Positions 35,966-50,460 are shown, numbered from the stretch's first letter. The stretch is DNA of 64,000 bases from Octopus vulgaris (GCA_951406725.2 OX597818.1:105090001-105154000); one strand, 5' to 3'. Made by a program: numbers and translations. The notes: generated from the letters alone by a model not told the origin.

Positions 35966-37346
35966 TCGAGTGAACTCAGCTCCCACAGATCAGTCTCCTC
36001 ATCACTTTCCCATTCCCCACTATCTCAGCAACACAGCCTTCATTTTCAAAGCTTGTGTTCCCTTGTAACTCCTACACATTGTAAGGAGATAATTATAGGG
36101 CCATTAGATTGTTGGATAGAATGCCTTGTGATTTTTGTTCCAACTCTGTGTGCTCTGAGTTCAAATCCTGCCGTGGTCAACTTTGTCTTTCATCCATCGA
36201 TATCAGGTTGGATAGAATGCCTTTGTTCTGACTCACTGCACTCTAAGTCTCAATCTTATTGAGATCAACTTTGCCTTTCACCCTTTTGGGGGACTATAAA
36301 AGAAAGTACCAGCCCAGTGTGGTGGAATGGCAGAGTTGTTAGAGAGCTGGACTAGATGCCTTGTGGTATTTTTTCTAGCTTCCTTGCATTCTGAGTTCAA
36401 ACCTTGCTCTGTCATAAAAAATGAGTGACATTTCTGTTGGGAGTTGCAACAGACAGACAGCGTCAGCAATTTTTTAAAAAAAAACAATGAGAACATAAGT
36501 TTCCTTGGTTTGATCAGTAGATTGATTGCCACTGCCACCACCACCACCACCATCACTACCACCACATATTATAAAAGCAGCAGACCTCGAACACATGCAG
36601 CAGATTTCACATAGTAAGTCTTAAATTACAAGATATCAACATACTGTTTACAGTAAGGTATTGTGGATGCAGCACAAATGTATGGACTATATAACAAAAC
36701 AAGAATAAAACATTTTTTTTGTGTACATATAATCTACTTATATAATTGGCTATGCATCTCCTCTCATTCTGTCTTTCTGTTTGTCCATTCCACTAACTTA
36801 CACATCAAAAGTAATTAGCTGCTAACATACTTTCACATGGTATCTGAATTTAGTTGGAACACTGACAGGTCATTTATTCAGCTAACTATGTATGAATTAT
36901 ATATAGTTATATACAGGAAGATTCAGAAGTCCCTTTAGATTTAAATTATGTATTTCTTAATAATTTTGTTTGGTATATAAATATATAATGAACCTATTGT
37001 ATACAGTGTTGGGGTGCACTACAACTCATCAACGAAAAGTACCTAGAACTGCACAAACAGTACATAGAATATGCACAGGAAGTGAATAGTGAATAAATCT
37101 TTAAAATAAAATATGGGTGTTGGGCATCAGGTGTACTGTTGGTAAATTTCAGGAAGCATGGAAGTTTTGAAGGATGTAGTGTCCTGGTGATTGACAACTA
37201 ATGTGGGTAGTTTATTCCATGCTTCAGCAATTCTACATGAAAAGATATTTCCAAAAGTCATGGGTGCTGTGTTTTTTTTTTATTATTTTGGAAGCATGTC
37301 CATGAGTGTTAGACATATAGAATTACTTTTATTACTATCTGTGTTA

Positions 37347-38847
37347 TCTCTTATTATAAAAGGCAGATTTTATCTGCCTCCCTTTGGGAGTTATACAAAT
37401 CTACAATATAGGATTTCTTCAATTACAATTTACCTAGCAGTTTTAAGAGTACAATGCATCGCGTCATGCCAGGTCCAGTTTTTAAAATTTAAACTCCAAT
37501 TAAGCAAAATTTACAGAAAACTCACATTCTGGTGTGTGTGTCAAATGCTTTTCTTAGTCTGGTTTACACCACACGCAAACGCACACACACAGTGGGCAAG
37601 GAATAAAATGAAAGTAATTCACTTACTGTAGTGAGTGATTCTTTCACTCTGCCTCCCACTTCCTCTTTACACACATAGAAAAAAATTTTATTTTTTTACA
37701 TAAGTAATGAGAGCGAAAGAGACTAAGAGAAAGCGATTGTATGACGAGGGAAGTTCCTTTGAAGTTACCGTGCATGGGACTCATTGATGTACATGTGTGT
37801 GTGTGTGTGTGTTTGATGGAGTGTGGGAGACAGACAGTATGTTGTGTAAGTGAAGTGCTTCTGTTAGTGTGTGTGAAGAGACAGAGAGAGTAATGTGTGA
37901 AAGAGAGAGATAACTGAAATTTTTTACTCGGTTTATGTGTATATGTATGTATGCATGTATGTGTGTGTGTGTGTGTGTATGTATGTGTGTGTGTATGTAT
38001 GTATTTATATATAAAAGAAAGGTTGTGTGTCTGTCTACTCCGATTTAGATTCCTAACTACTCCCACATTTTGCGATGCAGTTTAACCAAAACCGGGTATC
38101 TTATAGTCGTGATTCATATCGAGCCCTTCTGGGTATTAGCGCGCGTCTACGATGAGTCTATGATTTTACAAATAATTTACCATCATTTTTTTCCATTTTA
38201 ATGCATATTTTTTAAAATAAACGGAAGTAACTCTCAAACTTCACACCAATATGCGTGCTCATATGCGACGTAATATCACATCACCAGCATTTCCTCACAC
38301 TCTCCTTGCACTTGGCGAAGGCAAAATACCAGGGGATGAAAATGGTAATATTGCCATCGATTCCATTTGTACCATTGTTAAGACGCCTTCTGATCTCAGA
38401 GATGCAGTGTTCCCAGATTTACAAGCTAATTATCAGAATATGGATTGGATTGGCAAAAAGGCTATACTGGCCCCGAGGAATAAAACTGTTCACCATATTA
38501 ATGATGAAATGCTAAAACTCATTCCTGGGGAAGTCGATGTATATCAGTCTATCGATACAACTCCTGACCCAGAGGACGTCATCAACTATCCAATAGAGGT
38601 ACTCAATTACTTTGAGCACCCCGGACTACCACCACACTTTCTCAAACTTAAAGTTAGTGCCCCTATAATGCTCATCAGAAATTTGGTTCCCCCAAAACAA
38701 TGCAATGGCACACGTTTGGCGTTAAGTCCTTATCTCCCACTGTAAGCTTATTTCAATATTTGCCTGAATAATCATCATAATTCAGTGCAATCATTAACAG
38801 TACTTTCAAGCAATTCAGCCCCGAGCAACGCCGGGCAATTCTGCTAG
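37347..38847 (+). mobile_element. Composite non-autonomous Helitron with a Pif1-helicase fragment
   Basis: A|TC 5' end at 37347; 3' hairpin cccgagcaacgccggg then CTAG|T at 38844-38847; a second 5'-end module at about 38003-38210 is shared with 54400-54545. Confidence 0.85.
38251..38745 (+). pseudogene. Helitron Pif1-family helicase fragment
   Basis: KAILAPRNKTV..YPIEVLN..PGLPPHFLKLKVSAPIMLIRNL..CNGTRL. Confidence 0.88.
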
Positions 38848-39501
38848 TTTTATTATAAATGCTTTCTGATAAATGTTTTTTACATATATGTTTTAGAAAA
38901 ATGTCATTGTCAAAAGTGGATAGAATATTCACTGTGCTAAAAATGACATAATATAATGATAATCCTGTCTGATTGTCATGGCATATATAGTTCAACTCCC
39001 CAGGGTGGTACAGTCTAAGTGCCTGACAGTATGAATGGAATTCTAGGCAGTTAATGTTCTGAGGCATATTGATTAGCAAATGGTCTAATATGGAGTGGAC
39101 ACAGCATGGATGACAATATGAGGAGAGATGCATGAATTCGGAGAACCCAAATGGATGTGGCACAAGACTAGGAGAAGAGGCCACTCTAATAGTAGTAGTC
39201 ATTAATCAAGTACTGATGTTTGGGTGTTATACTGGATGTTTGTGTTTAGTGGCAGTACTGACCCAAATGTGGGGACTGAGCCTCAATGTAGGCCTCATCT
39301 GAGCTTTCTGGAAAGTTAGTAGTTGCTAAGAGCTGAAATATTTCCTGGCTCTAAGGAGAAAAATCCAGTCTTTGCTATATTGAAGGTGTTTATTGACCAG
39401 GGAAGACCCCTACTAATAAGGAAGTCTTATCATTGGAAGCAATTTTAAGGGTTCTAGCTATGTATGTTTAATGTGTGATAATATATTTTCATATTTTCAC
39501 A

Positions 39502-39815
39502 GGTATGGTTAAGTCAGGCATGAGTAAAGCATGGCTAAGGTGTGGCTAAAGCATAGCTATGGCATGGTTAAGGTGTGGCTAAGGTATGGTTAACATGGGA
39601 CTATGGTATGGCTAAGGAGTGACCATGGCATGGTTAAGGAGTGGTTAAGGTGCAGGTATGGTTGAAAGCACAGGTGTGGCTGTGTGGTTGACAAGCTTGT
39701 TTCCCAACCTGAGAGACTTGAGTTCAGTCCTACTGCACAGCACTTTGGGGGAAGTCAGGCTGACCAAAGCCATCTGAATGGATTTGGTAGACAGAGACTG
39801 AAAGAAACCTGTCAT
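39502..39815 (+). repeat. Degenerate ~10-bp tandem repeat (ggtgtggcta-like) running into a SINE A head
   Basis: About 15 imperfect units at 39502-39670, then SINE A 39670-39815. Confidence 0.65.
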
Positions 39816-39849
39816 ACACACACACACACACACATATTTGTATGTTGAC

Positions 39850-42110
39850 AGGGCTATTAGAGTAAAGAAACAAGCTTGGAAGAACGGTGGTAGCAGGGAA
39901 TTGTATCAGACTGCCAGAACAGAAGTTAGGAGCAGTCTTATTTAGCCAGAGAGGAAGCAGATAAGAAAAAATTTGCCAATGGTCTGTGCTGTCAGGACAA
40001 AACTTGAGGTATTTCATGTTGCAAGACAGTGTGTTTAGAGAGAATCGTGATGTTGTAGGAGAGAAATGTGTTCACATGGATGATGGTTCACTTGCACTAG
40101 ATGAGGCTGCAAAGAGAGAGGTTTGGAGATGCCACTATGAAAGGTTGCTGAATAAAGAAAATGAATGGGAGAAAAAGATTCTGCCGAATGTCGACCCAAC
40201 AGAGGGACCAGTTATCCGAATACCTTGGTAGATAAAGCAATTAAGAGTATGAAGACAGGGAAAGCCCCTGGCCCATCAGGAATTATTGCAGAGATGCTCA
40301 AAATATCTGGCAGTATTGGCTATAGCCTAGTCACCAGTATAGTTAACAAGGTGATACATGAAGGAGTCATACCCAATGACTAGTGTAGCAGCACTATAGT
40401 CAACTACTAGAAAGGAAAAGGTGACGCTTTAGATACAAATAATTATAGAGGTATCAAGTTGTTGGATCAGGTAATGAAGGTCATGGAGAGAGTTATAGCC
40501 CAACTAATTAGGGAGAGAGTCAGTTTAGATGAGATGCTGTTTGGATTTGTGCCAGAGAAAAGCTCACTTTGATGCTATATTTCTGGTAAGACAAAAGATA
40601 AACCTCTGTACCTGGCTTTCGCTAACATGGAGAAAGCCTTTGACAGGGTCTCCTGATCCCTCACCTGGTGGTAAATGAGGAAACTAGGGATAGATAAATG
40701 GCTAGTGAGAGCTGTGCAAGTCATGTACAGGGATGCTGTCAGTAAGGTGAAGGTTGGCAGCAAGTACAGTGAAGAATTCCGAGTAGGGATAGGGGATCAC
40801 CAAGAATCAGTCCCCAGCCCCCTCCTATTTATCATAGTCCTCCAGGCAATAACAGAGGAATTCAAGACAGGATGCCCCTGGGAGCTCCTCTATGCTGGTG
40901 ACCTTGCTCTAATTGCTGAGTCACTATCAGAACTAGAGGAAAAGTTTTAGGTGTGGAAGCAAGGATTAGAACCGAAGGGCCTTAGAGTCAACTTAGCTGA
41001 AACCAAAGTCTTAGTAAGTAGAAAGGCAGACAAACCACAAATCCCTTCAGGTAGATGGCCCTGCTTAATCTGTAGAAAAGGTGTAGGTAGAAACTCCAGT
41101 GTAAGCTATGGTCACATAAGAGGTGCAGCAATATCAAAGGAAGGCTAACTGTGAAGATAGTTTTTGTATGTGGCAAATGTTCAGGTGCTATAAACACTGA
41201 AAATGTGCAGAGAACTGCTTCTGTCACATTCCAGGGAGAAAAACTACAAGTAGTTGATAGCTTCCATTACCTAGGTGACCAAATCAGTAGTGGGGGTGGA
41301 TGCTTGAAAGTGTAGCTGCTAGAATAAGAATAGCCTGGGCAAAGTTCAGAGAACTCCTACCTCTGCTGGTGACAAAGAGCCTCTTGCTCAGAGTAAAAGA
41401 TAGACCGTATAATGCATGTGTATGAACAGCCATGCTACATGGCAGTGAAACATGGGCTGTGACTGCTGAGGACATGCGTAACCTTGCAAGGAATGAAACC
41501 AGTATGCTCTGCTGGATGTATAATGTCAGTGTTAATACATGACAGAGTGTAAGCGCCCTGAGAGAAAAGTTGGACTTAAGAAGCATCAGATGTTGTGTCT
41601 AAGACAGACAACTGCACTGGTATGGTATGGATGAGGAGAGCTGTGTGAAGAAGTGTCACACCCTAACAGTGGAAAGAATCCGTGGAAGAAGGAGACCTAG
41701 GAAGATGAGGTGGGAAGCATGACCTTTGAATGTTGGGTTTCACAGAGGCAATGACAAGAGACCAAGTCCTTTGGTGATATGCTGTGATTGAGAAGACCCG
41801 GCAAGTAAAGTGAGATCACAGCCATGGCCTATACCAGTGTCGCATAACCAACCCATTTAAAAGTACCCTTGAATCATTGGGCAATACACTACACTTGAGA
41901 AGACCTATTGAGTCAAGTAAAATCAGTCAAAAAATAAAATCAAAATCAAAATGGAAATACCAGTGCCACCTGACTGGCACCCATGCTAGTGGCATGTAAT
42001 AAGAACCATTCAAGCGTGAGTTGATGCCAATGCCACCTGACTGGCTCCCCATGCTGGTAGCATGTAAAAAACACCATCCAAACGTAACTGATACCAGTCT
42101 ACCCCTCCAA
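39850..42110 (+). mobile_element. Degenerate 5'-truncated RTE LINE (RT, PHD region, 3' UTR)
   Basis: Chain of ORFs 39986-41148 similar to the 14665-17784 protein, with stops and frameshifts. Confidence 0.92.
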
Positions 42111-42685
42111 TTTAGTTGGTGGTCTTGTTATCTCTATTCTAGCTTTTGGTAGAGTAGAAGAGGTTAGAAAGGGTCAAGTGGTGAAGACATTATTTCAGCC
42201 TAGCTAAAGGTATCTGGAAAATGTTAAACTGCTGTCAGAGAAAAACCATTGTTCCATCATGGGAAAAGTTCTGTTGCAGTGTTAATTTAAATTTGGCTGT
42301 AGTGGATCAAATCCACTTCATGCATGCAAGATTCCCTACATATATATGTATATAATAATAACTATAATAGTACATTATGATAATATATATACTCTGATTA
42401 GAGCAACATAATCTAAACAACTGATTGAAAAATGATGAGCTGAACACATTGGGATTGAACTCACCTATCAATGCTTACATGGCTGCGTGCATACCTGACA
42501 TACCCAAAGCCTTCAGGTTTGCTTATGAAATTTTATATAGATATATTCGCTTAGGCATTGTGGGACTAGTAATGCGTTAGAACTCAATATACATATGTTT
42601 CAGAACAAAGTGTTAGCTGAGTATAGAGCAGTAATAAGAAAAAGCGATGACAAAGGAGCAAATGAGTATCTTTTGAACTTCATCA

Positions 42686-42745
42686 GCTTTCAACTGTTTC
42701 TGCCATAAGATGCAGTGAACTCATAGTTGTGTGCTTCATTGGAGC
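42686..42745 (-). ncRNA. Strongly decayed hammerhead-like motif
   Basis: gct-CCAATGA-agc...gca-GAAAC-AGTT-GAA-agc; needs several reversions to be canonical. Confidence 0.3.
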
Positions 42746-43159
42746 CCCAAATATGAAATGTAATATATTGGGGAACAACATCTCAATGAGAAAAGTCAAT
42801 GCAGATGTATATAAGAAAAGTGCATGTCCAAATATATACACACACACACATGCACATGCACACACAACATACTTCTTCTGGGTTCCATCAACCAAATCCA
42901 CTGACATAGCTTTGGATTTGGTTGGCCCAGGACCAGTAAAAGACACTTGCACAATGCATCATGCAGTGGGATTGAAGTAAGCTCCTTAACCACATAGTCA
43001 TGACTGTGCCTTCATCTTGTATATAAAATTTAAGTACAATGCCAATGGAGGAACTACAGCTTGCAAAGTGTATCAAATTAGTCTACTACCGTAACCACTA
43101 GTTTGTTGTTGGTATTTTTTTTTTTTTTGCTTTTTGTTTTTGTGTTTGTTTATTATTTT

Positions 43160-43440
43160 AATGGTTTCAGTCATAGGACTGCGACCATGCTGGAGCTCTG
43201 CCTTGTTTCTTTTATTCTTTTACTTGTTTCAGTCATTTGACTGCAGCAATGCTGGAGCACTGCCTTAAAGGGTTTTTTTAATCAAAGTAATCAACCCCAA
43301 GACTTATTCTTTGTAAGCCTAGTACTTATTCCATTGGTTTTTTTTGCCGAATCGCTAAGTTATGGTGATGCAAACACACCAACATTGGTTGTCAAGCAAT
43401 GGTGGGGAGACAAACATACACACACAGATGCACACACATA
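43160..43440 (-). mobile_element. SINE family A 3' part; the head continues at 44455-44610 beyond the CR1 insertion
   Basis: Similar to 33956-34340; split within its central microsatellite. Confidence 0.7.
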
Positions 43441-43447
43441 AATACAT

Positions 43448-44338
43448 AAAACTTAGATAAAACTTAGATATGTTTCGACCAGAGATTGGTCCAGGCCATG
43501 TCTAACTTAATAGCACCACCTGATAGGATTATTCGAATCCTGTTTAAGTCAAGTTTTGTTCAAGTAGTGAGTTCTTGTTGGGTGAGTTGTATCCAGTTTT
43601 GTTCAAGTAGTGAGTTCTTGTTGGGTGAGTTGTATCCAATTATGGGTGGCTTGTCTGGTATTCTTTGAAGGAATCTATCCAGACTCTGTTTGAAGTTGAT
43701 GGGATCCTTTTCCTCTTTGATCTCCCTCGGGACAATGTTAAATAGGGCAGGGCCTGTTGAGGAAAAGAAATTATGTTGCAGTGTACATGTATGTTGTGAT
43801 CTTGAATTTGGCAGGGGACGTATAGCCCGTGGTCCAAGTCTCGGATGAACCTTGAAGCTAATGTTTAGGTCGTTTGGGCAAAGTTGGCGGTATATTTTCC
43901 ACATCGTACAAATGATGTACCGCTCACGGCGACGCTGGAGGGAGTAAAGTTTCAAGGCTTTAAGGCGATCCCAATAGTCGAGAGCAGCCATGCCTTCAAT
44001 TTGTTTAGTGAGAGCCCTCTGGGGTGACTCAATTCTGGAGATGTTTTGTCTTGTGTGAGGAGACCACAGTGGGCAGCAGTATTCAAGGTGTGGCCGTACA
44101 AAGGATGAAAAAAGTGGTATGATGACACCTTGTTCTCTGGACCGGAAAGTTCTTAAGATCCAGGAACTCATCCTACGAGCTGTATCGACCTTCTTGTTGA
44201 TGTGTGCACTCCAACTGAGATCGTCATCAACAATTACACCCAGGTCTCTGATATTGTTAGAGGCTGTGAGCGGTTCCCCTGAAGGAAGAGAGTATGGTTG
44301 TTTTAGTGAGGAATTTCTTCCAAAATGCATCAGCTCAA
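43448..44338 (-). mobile_element. 5'-truncated CR1-clade LINE
   Basis: IRDLGVIVDDDLSWSAHI..SFVRPHLEYCCPLWSPH..RLKALKLYSLQRRRER..FKQSLDRFL; short repeated tail aacttagata; ~39-bp tandem duplication at 43555-43637. Confidence 0.9.
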
Positions 44339-44347
44339 ATATATATT

Positions 44348-44399
<52 letters not shown>

Positions 44400-44824
44400 T
44401 ATACATATACATACATACACACACTCACGCACACACACACATATATATAGAGGATGGGCTTCTTTCAGTTTCTGTCTACCAAATCTGCTCACAGGGCTTT
44501 GGTCAGTCTGAGGCAAAAGTAGAAGACACTTACCCAGCTGCCATGCAGTGGGACTGAACCCAGAACCAAGTGATTCAGAGGCAAGCTTCTTACCACACAG
44601 CTACGCCTTTGTTTATTTTCTTTTTCTGTCTTGATAATTTTATTCATATCAGCAAGCATAAGATTTTTTTTTTTTTTCCCTTTTTGGTAGCAATTGTTTT
44701 TTCAGCTGGATGTCCTTCATACCACTAACTACTCAATTAATGAAGGAGGAGTAGTAAAAATGTGTTTTTCTTAATCGGGTAGACTGGAGTATGCAGAGCA
44801 ATTTACCTTGTTTATGAGTACTAA

Positions 44825-45090
44825 ACATCAACATCATCATCATCATCATCATTAACAGCAACAGTATTATCATCATCATTGTTGTCGCTATCATTATGAT
44901 CTTCATTATTATCATCATCATCATCATCATCATTACAGCTGCCGTCCTCCTCCTTCTTCTCCTACTCCTCCTCTTCATCATTGTCATCATCATCATTACC
45001 ACCACCACCACCATCATCATCATCACCACAACTGCCACCACCACCACCACCACCACCACCATCATCACCATCATCATCATCATCATTTTT
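44825..45090. repeat. Compound (CAT)/(CAC)/(CTC) trinucleotide tract
   Basis: Seen directly. Confidence 0.9.
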
Positions 45091-46450
45091 CATTAATTTT
45101 TTTCCTTTTTGTATGGGCTAGACAATTTGTCACTTATACACAACCCTTCAGGTCTGAACATAGCTCATTTCTTCCAAAAGAGACAAAAAAAGCAGACAAA
45201 TGGAGAGAAAGACAAAGAAATAGACAGACAAGAAGAATCAATTCCAATACAGAACTGGTAGTTTCTTGACCCTGAAAGAACGAAAAACAAAGTGACAGCA
45301 ACAGGATTGGAACATAGAGAGCTGAAATGTATACTGCAAGGCATTTTAGCCAATGCTTCAATGACTCTACCAAGCTTTCAGTGGTTTATTATACCACTTC
45401 ATAATGTCTATCTATGGCAAAATGAATTGAGGCAATTATGTAACCTAGTACATCATAACACCAGTGAAGAAATACAGGTTTGAACTATTTGGTAGGTAGG
45501 CCAACATTTCAGTCAAACAGAGCAGCAAAGCTCTAGTTTCCATTCTTTCGTTAGCAAATAAAGGTTTTCAGAAACATAACTTTTGTAGATTCCAAGAACA
45601 TTCTGCATATAAACTAATCCTTTCTGAACCAGAAAGATCTCATAAAATTATTTTCAGCTGTAGTTTCCACAGCACATAGCTTTACTCAAATGAATAGGGT
45701 AGAATACTACCCATCACAAATAGCTTTCTTTGGTAAAGAAATTAAAGTCAGCATTGAAAACCATTGAGATAGATACAAGCTCCACATACTCCCACTGTCT
45801 GTGACAGTAAATTAGAAAATACTGGCCTATTTTGTCAGAGTTATGTGGGTTAAGTCATTGTAAGCTTGAATGCTATCTTAAGTCACAATGCAGAATTGGT
45901 TAGAGAATGTAAACTATCAACATCTCAGGTGTTTGTCTGGTGTCCATTTGACTCAGAGATGTAGCCATCTACATATCAATGGAAGAAATTTTAGCCAGAG
46001 GTAGAATCATGCATGCTGTTGTTGGATAGGTTCTGAACAATCTTATTTCACAACAAAACTATGTCAAAAAGGAAGCTAGCAGAATGATATATTCAATTAA
46101 TGCTTCTAGCCATATCCATTATATGCTACCCTAACATTCAAGTCTTAAAATATGTTGTATGGAAGTTTGTTGAAGTCAATTTTGGTACTACAAAACAACC
46201 ATGTAGAAGTTTCTTTGTTACAAATAAAAAGTTGTTAATTTTCTTTTTCTTTATCTTTTAATTAAGAGAGAAGGCAGTGCCACTGATACTTTACAGGACC
46301 CCTCAGATTAGTGGGAAAGTAACAAGAGATGTTCTCTTAAAATTGGAGAGCTAGCCTAAAATGCTTGCAACAGAAATGATTCTGCTAAAGATGATGTTGT
46401 TAAACTGGGTGATGGATTAAGTCTACCATTCAAGCAAACTATGGTGGAAT

Positions 46451-46675
46451 TTGAACTCAGCACACAAAGATCCAGAACAAATGCTGCAAGGCATCCTGTC
46501 CAATGTTTTTACAGTTTCACCATTTCACAGACCCTGCATTGGTACCATTTTTTTTTTATCAATCCCCCAAAATATGAAAGCTAATTTGACCACAGCATGA
46601 CCTGAAATTAAAGCACAGAGTGATGGAACAAATACAATCAAATGGTTATTGCTATTAATGTCTTTATATTTTAAA
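46451..46675. repeat. ~225-bp segment duplicated at 51902-52125
   Basis: Closely similar copies of an old SINE-B-derived sequence. Confidence 0.85.
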
Positions 46676-47058
46676 ACAGCAAGATGTGATTTGAGAGAGA
46701 AAGAGGAGAGAGATGTGGCTGCTATTTCTAGTAGTTCAAGCACCTACATGACAGCCCGCTCTTATCAATGGTTTTGGAGATAGCGATGATAACGGTGGCT
46801 TTGGTGGTGTTTCTGCTATTGCTTCTACTAATGTTTTTTTTCACCCTTTTTCTTGTTACTTCATAGCTGTTACCGGTACTTTAACATTTGCAATTAGGTT
46901 TTAACTTTGAACAAGGTGACTAACTAAGAGTTTCACTATTTGCAATCAATAAGTAATTATCGATAAAAAAAAAAAAGTTTTTTTTTTTATTTACTTGTAT
47001 ATTTATTTATTTATTTATTTCTAGAGAAATGTCACCTGCTCTCTTTTCAGCACTAACA

Positions 47059-47104
<46 letters not shown>

Positions 47105-48383
47105 ACACACACACACATACATATGTATGAACATGTGCTCAGCTATAAAAAAAAGAGGGTATGTTATATAGATTAAAAACAAATTTTTTTTTTTAAATCT
47201 TTAAAAAAATTTGTTAAGGAAAATATCAACGGTTTACAGAAAGGCTGACTTTATTTTACGGTTGTTACAGCAAAAAGGATAGAGTATATAAATACAGATC
47301 AGTTATCCTGAATCCATTTCAGCATATCACAAAGAGAAATCTTTTATTTATTTATTTGGACTATCGCTATATTGGAACACCGCTGTCAATTATATTGACC
47401 CTGGAACTGAAGTTCAGTACTCACTTTTGATCTCTGATTATCAAATGGCTGAGTTAACTTATTTCAAGTGAGTTACTTCCCTTACAATTAATATGTGTAA
47501 GTGAATGCATATGTAAGTGTTCTAAATGTGTGTTGTTGTAGTACTGAGGAGGGGGAAGGGCAACAAGTGATATTTAGCTGAAAATTAAAAAATAGTTTTC
47601 TCAATAGTTTAACATAGTTGTACACCAGTATAGACAAAAACATACTCACACATGCATGCATGCACACACACACACACGCACAAGAAGGGTTCCAAAAGCT
47701 TTGGGCCTCACTATGGTCCCTTTGACAGCAATCCCAAATTATTCTTTTCCTACTGACATGTCTCTAAGTATGTTGGGCTCAAAATATTTTCAAACACCTC
47801 TCATAAATTCAAGAGGAAGTCAAAATCATCCACACTTTCGCAAAAAACTTTCTTTAGGTTTGCCACACTGCCTTAAGCACTCATGAACTAAAAGGAGTTA
47901 CTCTTGTAGCTACGTAACCAAGGTTTGACCTTAATCACTTCAGTTTTCTTTCATGTGTTATAGAGCAAGCATGGCTGCTCCACTAAGAGTGGTCACCAAG
48001 GAAAAACAGAAATAAAAAAAGGGGGCACAGTAAAATGCAACATGCAACCACAACTGGGTTCAGATGTTGGTTCCAGCCCCACTCTAGCAACGGGTGTAGT
48101 ATGATGTAGAGCACCAAACTCAGGATAGACCAGAATGCAGAATACAAACCAAATAAAAAGTGTGGTATTCAAAGTTTTTACATGTCCTATAAAGCTATGA
48201 ATACTTGGCCTGTTTATCATCATGTATATATATACACATTTATATGTGTGTGTGTGTGTGTGTATATATATATTCATTTTTACTTGTTCCATTCATTCAT
48301 ATATTTATATTTACACACACACACACACACATATATATATGTGTGTGTGTATACACACACGCATAATAATATATATATATATA

Positions 48384-49650
48384 TTGGGTTGTCCGGAAAG
48401 TTTGTGCCGATTTTTAAAGGAAAGAAAAAGGTCAATAAATACTTGCCATTACATTTGTAACCAACCAAATACGAACTATTTTGTTGCACAATGCATCTCC
48501 GTCTTTCCTTTAACTTGAAAATACCCTCTTCCCAGAATTGAGGTAGATTCATGGCAAAGAATTCATAAAGGTATCTTTTTACGTCATCCAAAGAATTGAA
48601 ATTTTTATCATTAAGACTATTCTGCAGAGACCTGAATAAGTGGAAATCCGAAGGAGCAATATCTGGTGAATATGGAGGGTGAGGTAACACATCCCAGCCG
48701 AGCTGCAGCAATTTTTGTCTGGTTCCCAAAGAAATGTTTGGTCTTGCATTACCATGTTGGAAAACAACACCCTTCCTGTTGGTCAATTCTAGATGTTTCT
48801 CTTGAATTTCTGCTTTTAATTCGTCCAGTTGTGTGCAGTATTTCTCAGAATTAATTGTCTGGTCACTTAGGAGAAGCTCATAGTACAGAATTCCTTTCCA
48901 ATCCCACCAGACACAAAGCAAGACTTTTTTAGGGTAAGGACCTGCTTTTGGGGTGGCTAAGGGTGGCTTGTCACTTACTCTAGGATCACTTTCTCTGAAC
49001 ATTTCGGAAGATAATCCATTTCTCGTCACCTGTCACAATTTGCTTTAAAAAAGGCATGTTTTCATTCCGTTTATAAAGCAAATCACAGATAGAAATGCGA
49101 TCCAAAAGGTTCTTCTCACTCAACTCATGTGGTACCCAAACGTCGTAGCGATTTGTGCATCCAAGCTTTACCAGGTGCTCATGAATGATGGATTTTGATA
49201 GGTTGAGGCTTTCTGCCAATTCTCTGGTTGTGCAATGTGGGTTATTGATTTGGTCATCATCTGTAGTGGATGGTCTGCCTGATTGCTCTTTATCAATAAG
49301 GCTACAATCTCCAGCTTGGAACCTTGCAAACCACTTCCATACCGTACTTTTGGATAAAGAAACATTACTGTAAACTGCACATATTTCTTTGGTTGCTTGT
49401 GAGGCATTTTTCCCTTTACGGAAAAAGAAAAGCATCAAGTGCCGAAAATGAACTTTCTTATCTTCCATTTTAAAGGGTTATAGAATTAACACAGGTTATA
49501 GGAACATAAACCTTCTTCCATGAAAAGATAGGTTAAACTGTGCTCAAAATGGAGGTGTAGTCAAGTCCTATTTTATGGACTCAACCATGTTCTGAAATAA
49601 GTCGAAAAGTAAGCTACTATAAATCGGCATGAACATTCTGGACAACCCAA
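48384..49650 (-). mobile_element. Full-length but inactivated mariner (DD34D) transposon
   Basis: TIRs ttgggttgtccggaaagtttgtgccgattt / aaatcggcatgaacattctggacaacccaa within (TA)n; WVPHEL, TGDEKW, HGNARP (D to G change) and YSPDIAPSDFHLF; frameshift near 49000. Confidence 0.95.
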
Positions 49651-49663
49651 TATATATATATAT

Positions 49664-49925
49664 ATCATCATCATCATCGTTTAACGTCCGTTCTCCATGC
49701 TAGCATGGGTTGGACGGTTCGACCGGGGATCTGGGAAGCCAGAAGGCTGCACCAGGCTCCAGTCTTATCTGGCAATGTTTCTACAGCTGGATGCCCTTCC
49801 TAACGCCAACCACTCCGTGAGTGTAGTGGGTGCCATTTACGTGCCACCTGCACAGGTGCCAGGCGAGGCTGGCAACGGCCACGGTCGGATTGGTGTATTT
49901 TATGTGCCACCGGCACGGAAGCCAA
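49664..49925 (-). mobile_element. RTE 3' UTR fragment
   Basis: (CAT)n tail plus UTR. Confidence 0.85.
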
Positions 49926-50026
49926 TATATATATATATATATATATAGGAATCTGATTAAATCTTCCACACATCAACATTTACCTCCTTGCAACAATGTA
50001 ACCTTCAATTTTATCAAGATATTCTT

Positions 50027-50110
50027 GGCCTGAAGAGTAGCCAGTGGTATACATCTCACTTGGATTGTTACCACTTCTGAGGTTCTGCTCACCATGAAAC
50101 ATATATAGCC
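50027..50110 (+). ncRNA. Aged type I hammerhead with extended stem II
   Basis: ggc-CTGAAGA-(59-nt hairpin)-GAAAC-ATAT-ATA-gcc; between (TA)n runs. Confidence 0.5.
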
Positions 50111-50333
50111 CAGATCTTATTATTTCATTCCATAACTTTTGTACTCTTATTCACACACCTGGCAACCCTGGTTGCCTACAGTGGAATGCAAAAAGAACTT
50201 TTTTCAGCTAAACGTTCTTTGATATCAAACATATCCACAACCTTCCATTGCAATAAACCACTATTGTCCATGAAAGTTGTTTTTATATATATATGTGTGT
50301 GTGTGTATGTATGTATGTATATATGTGTGTGTG

Positions 50334-50405
<72 letters not shown>

Positions 50406-50420
50406 TATACACACACACAC

Positions 50421-50457
<37 letters not shown>

Positions 50458-50460
<3 letters not shown>

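Noticed and set aside
48280-49468. SETMAR-like host gene
   Set aside because: No SET domain; bounded by TIRs, frameshifted and with a mutated catalytic Asp
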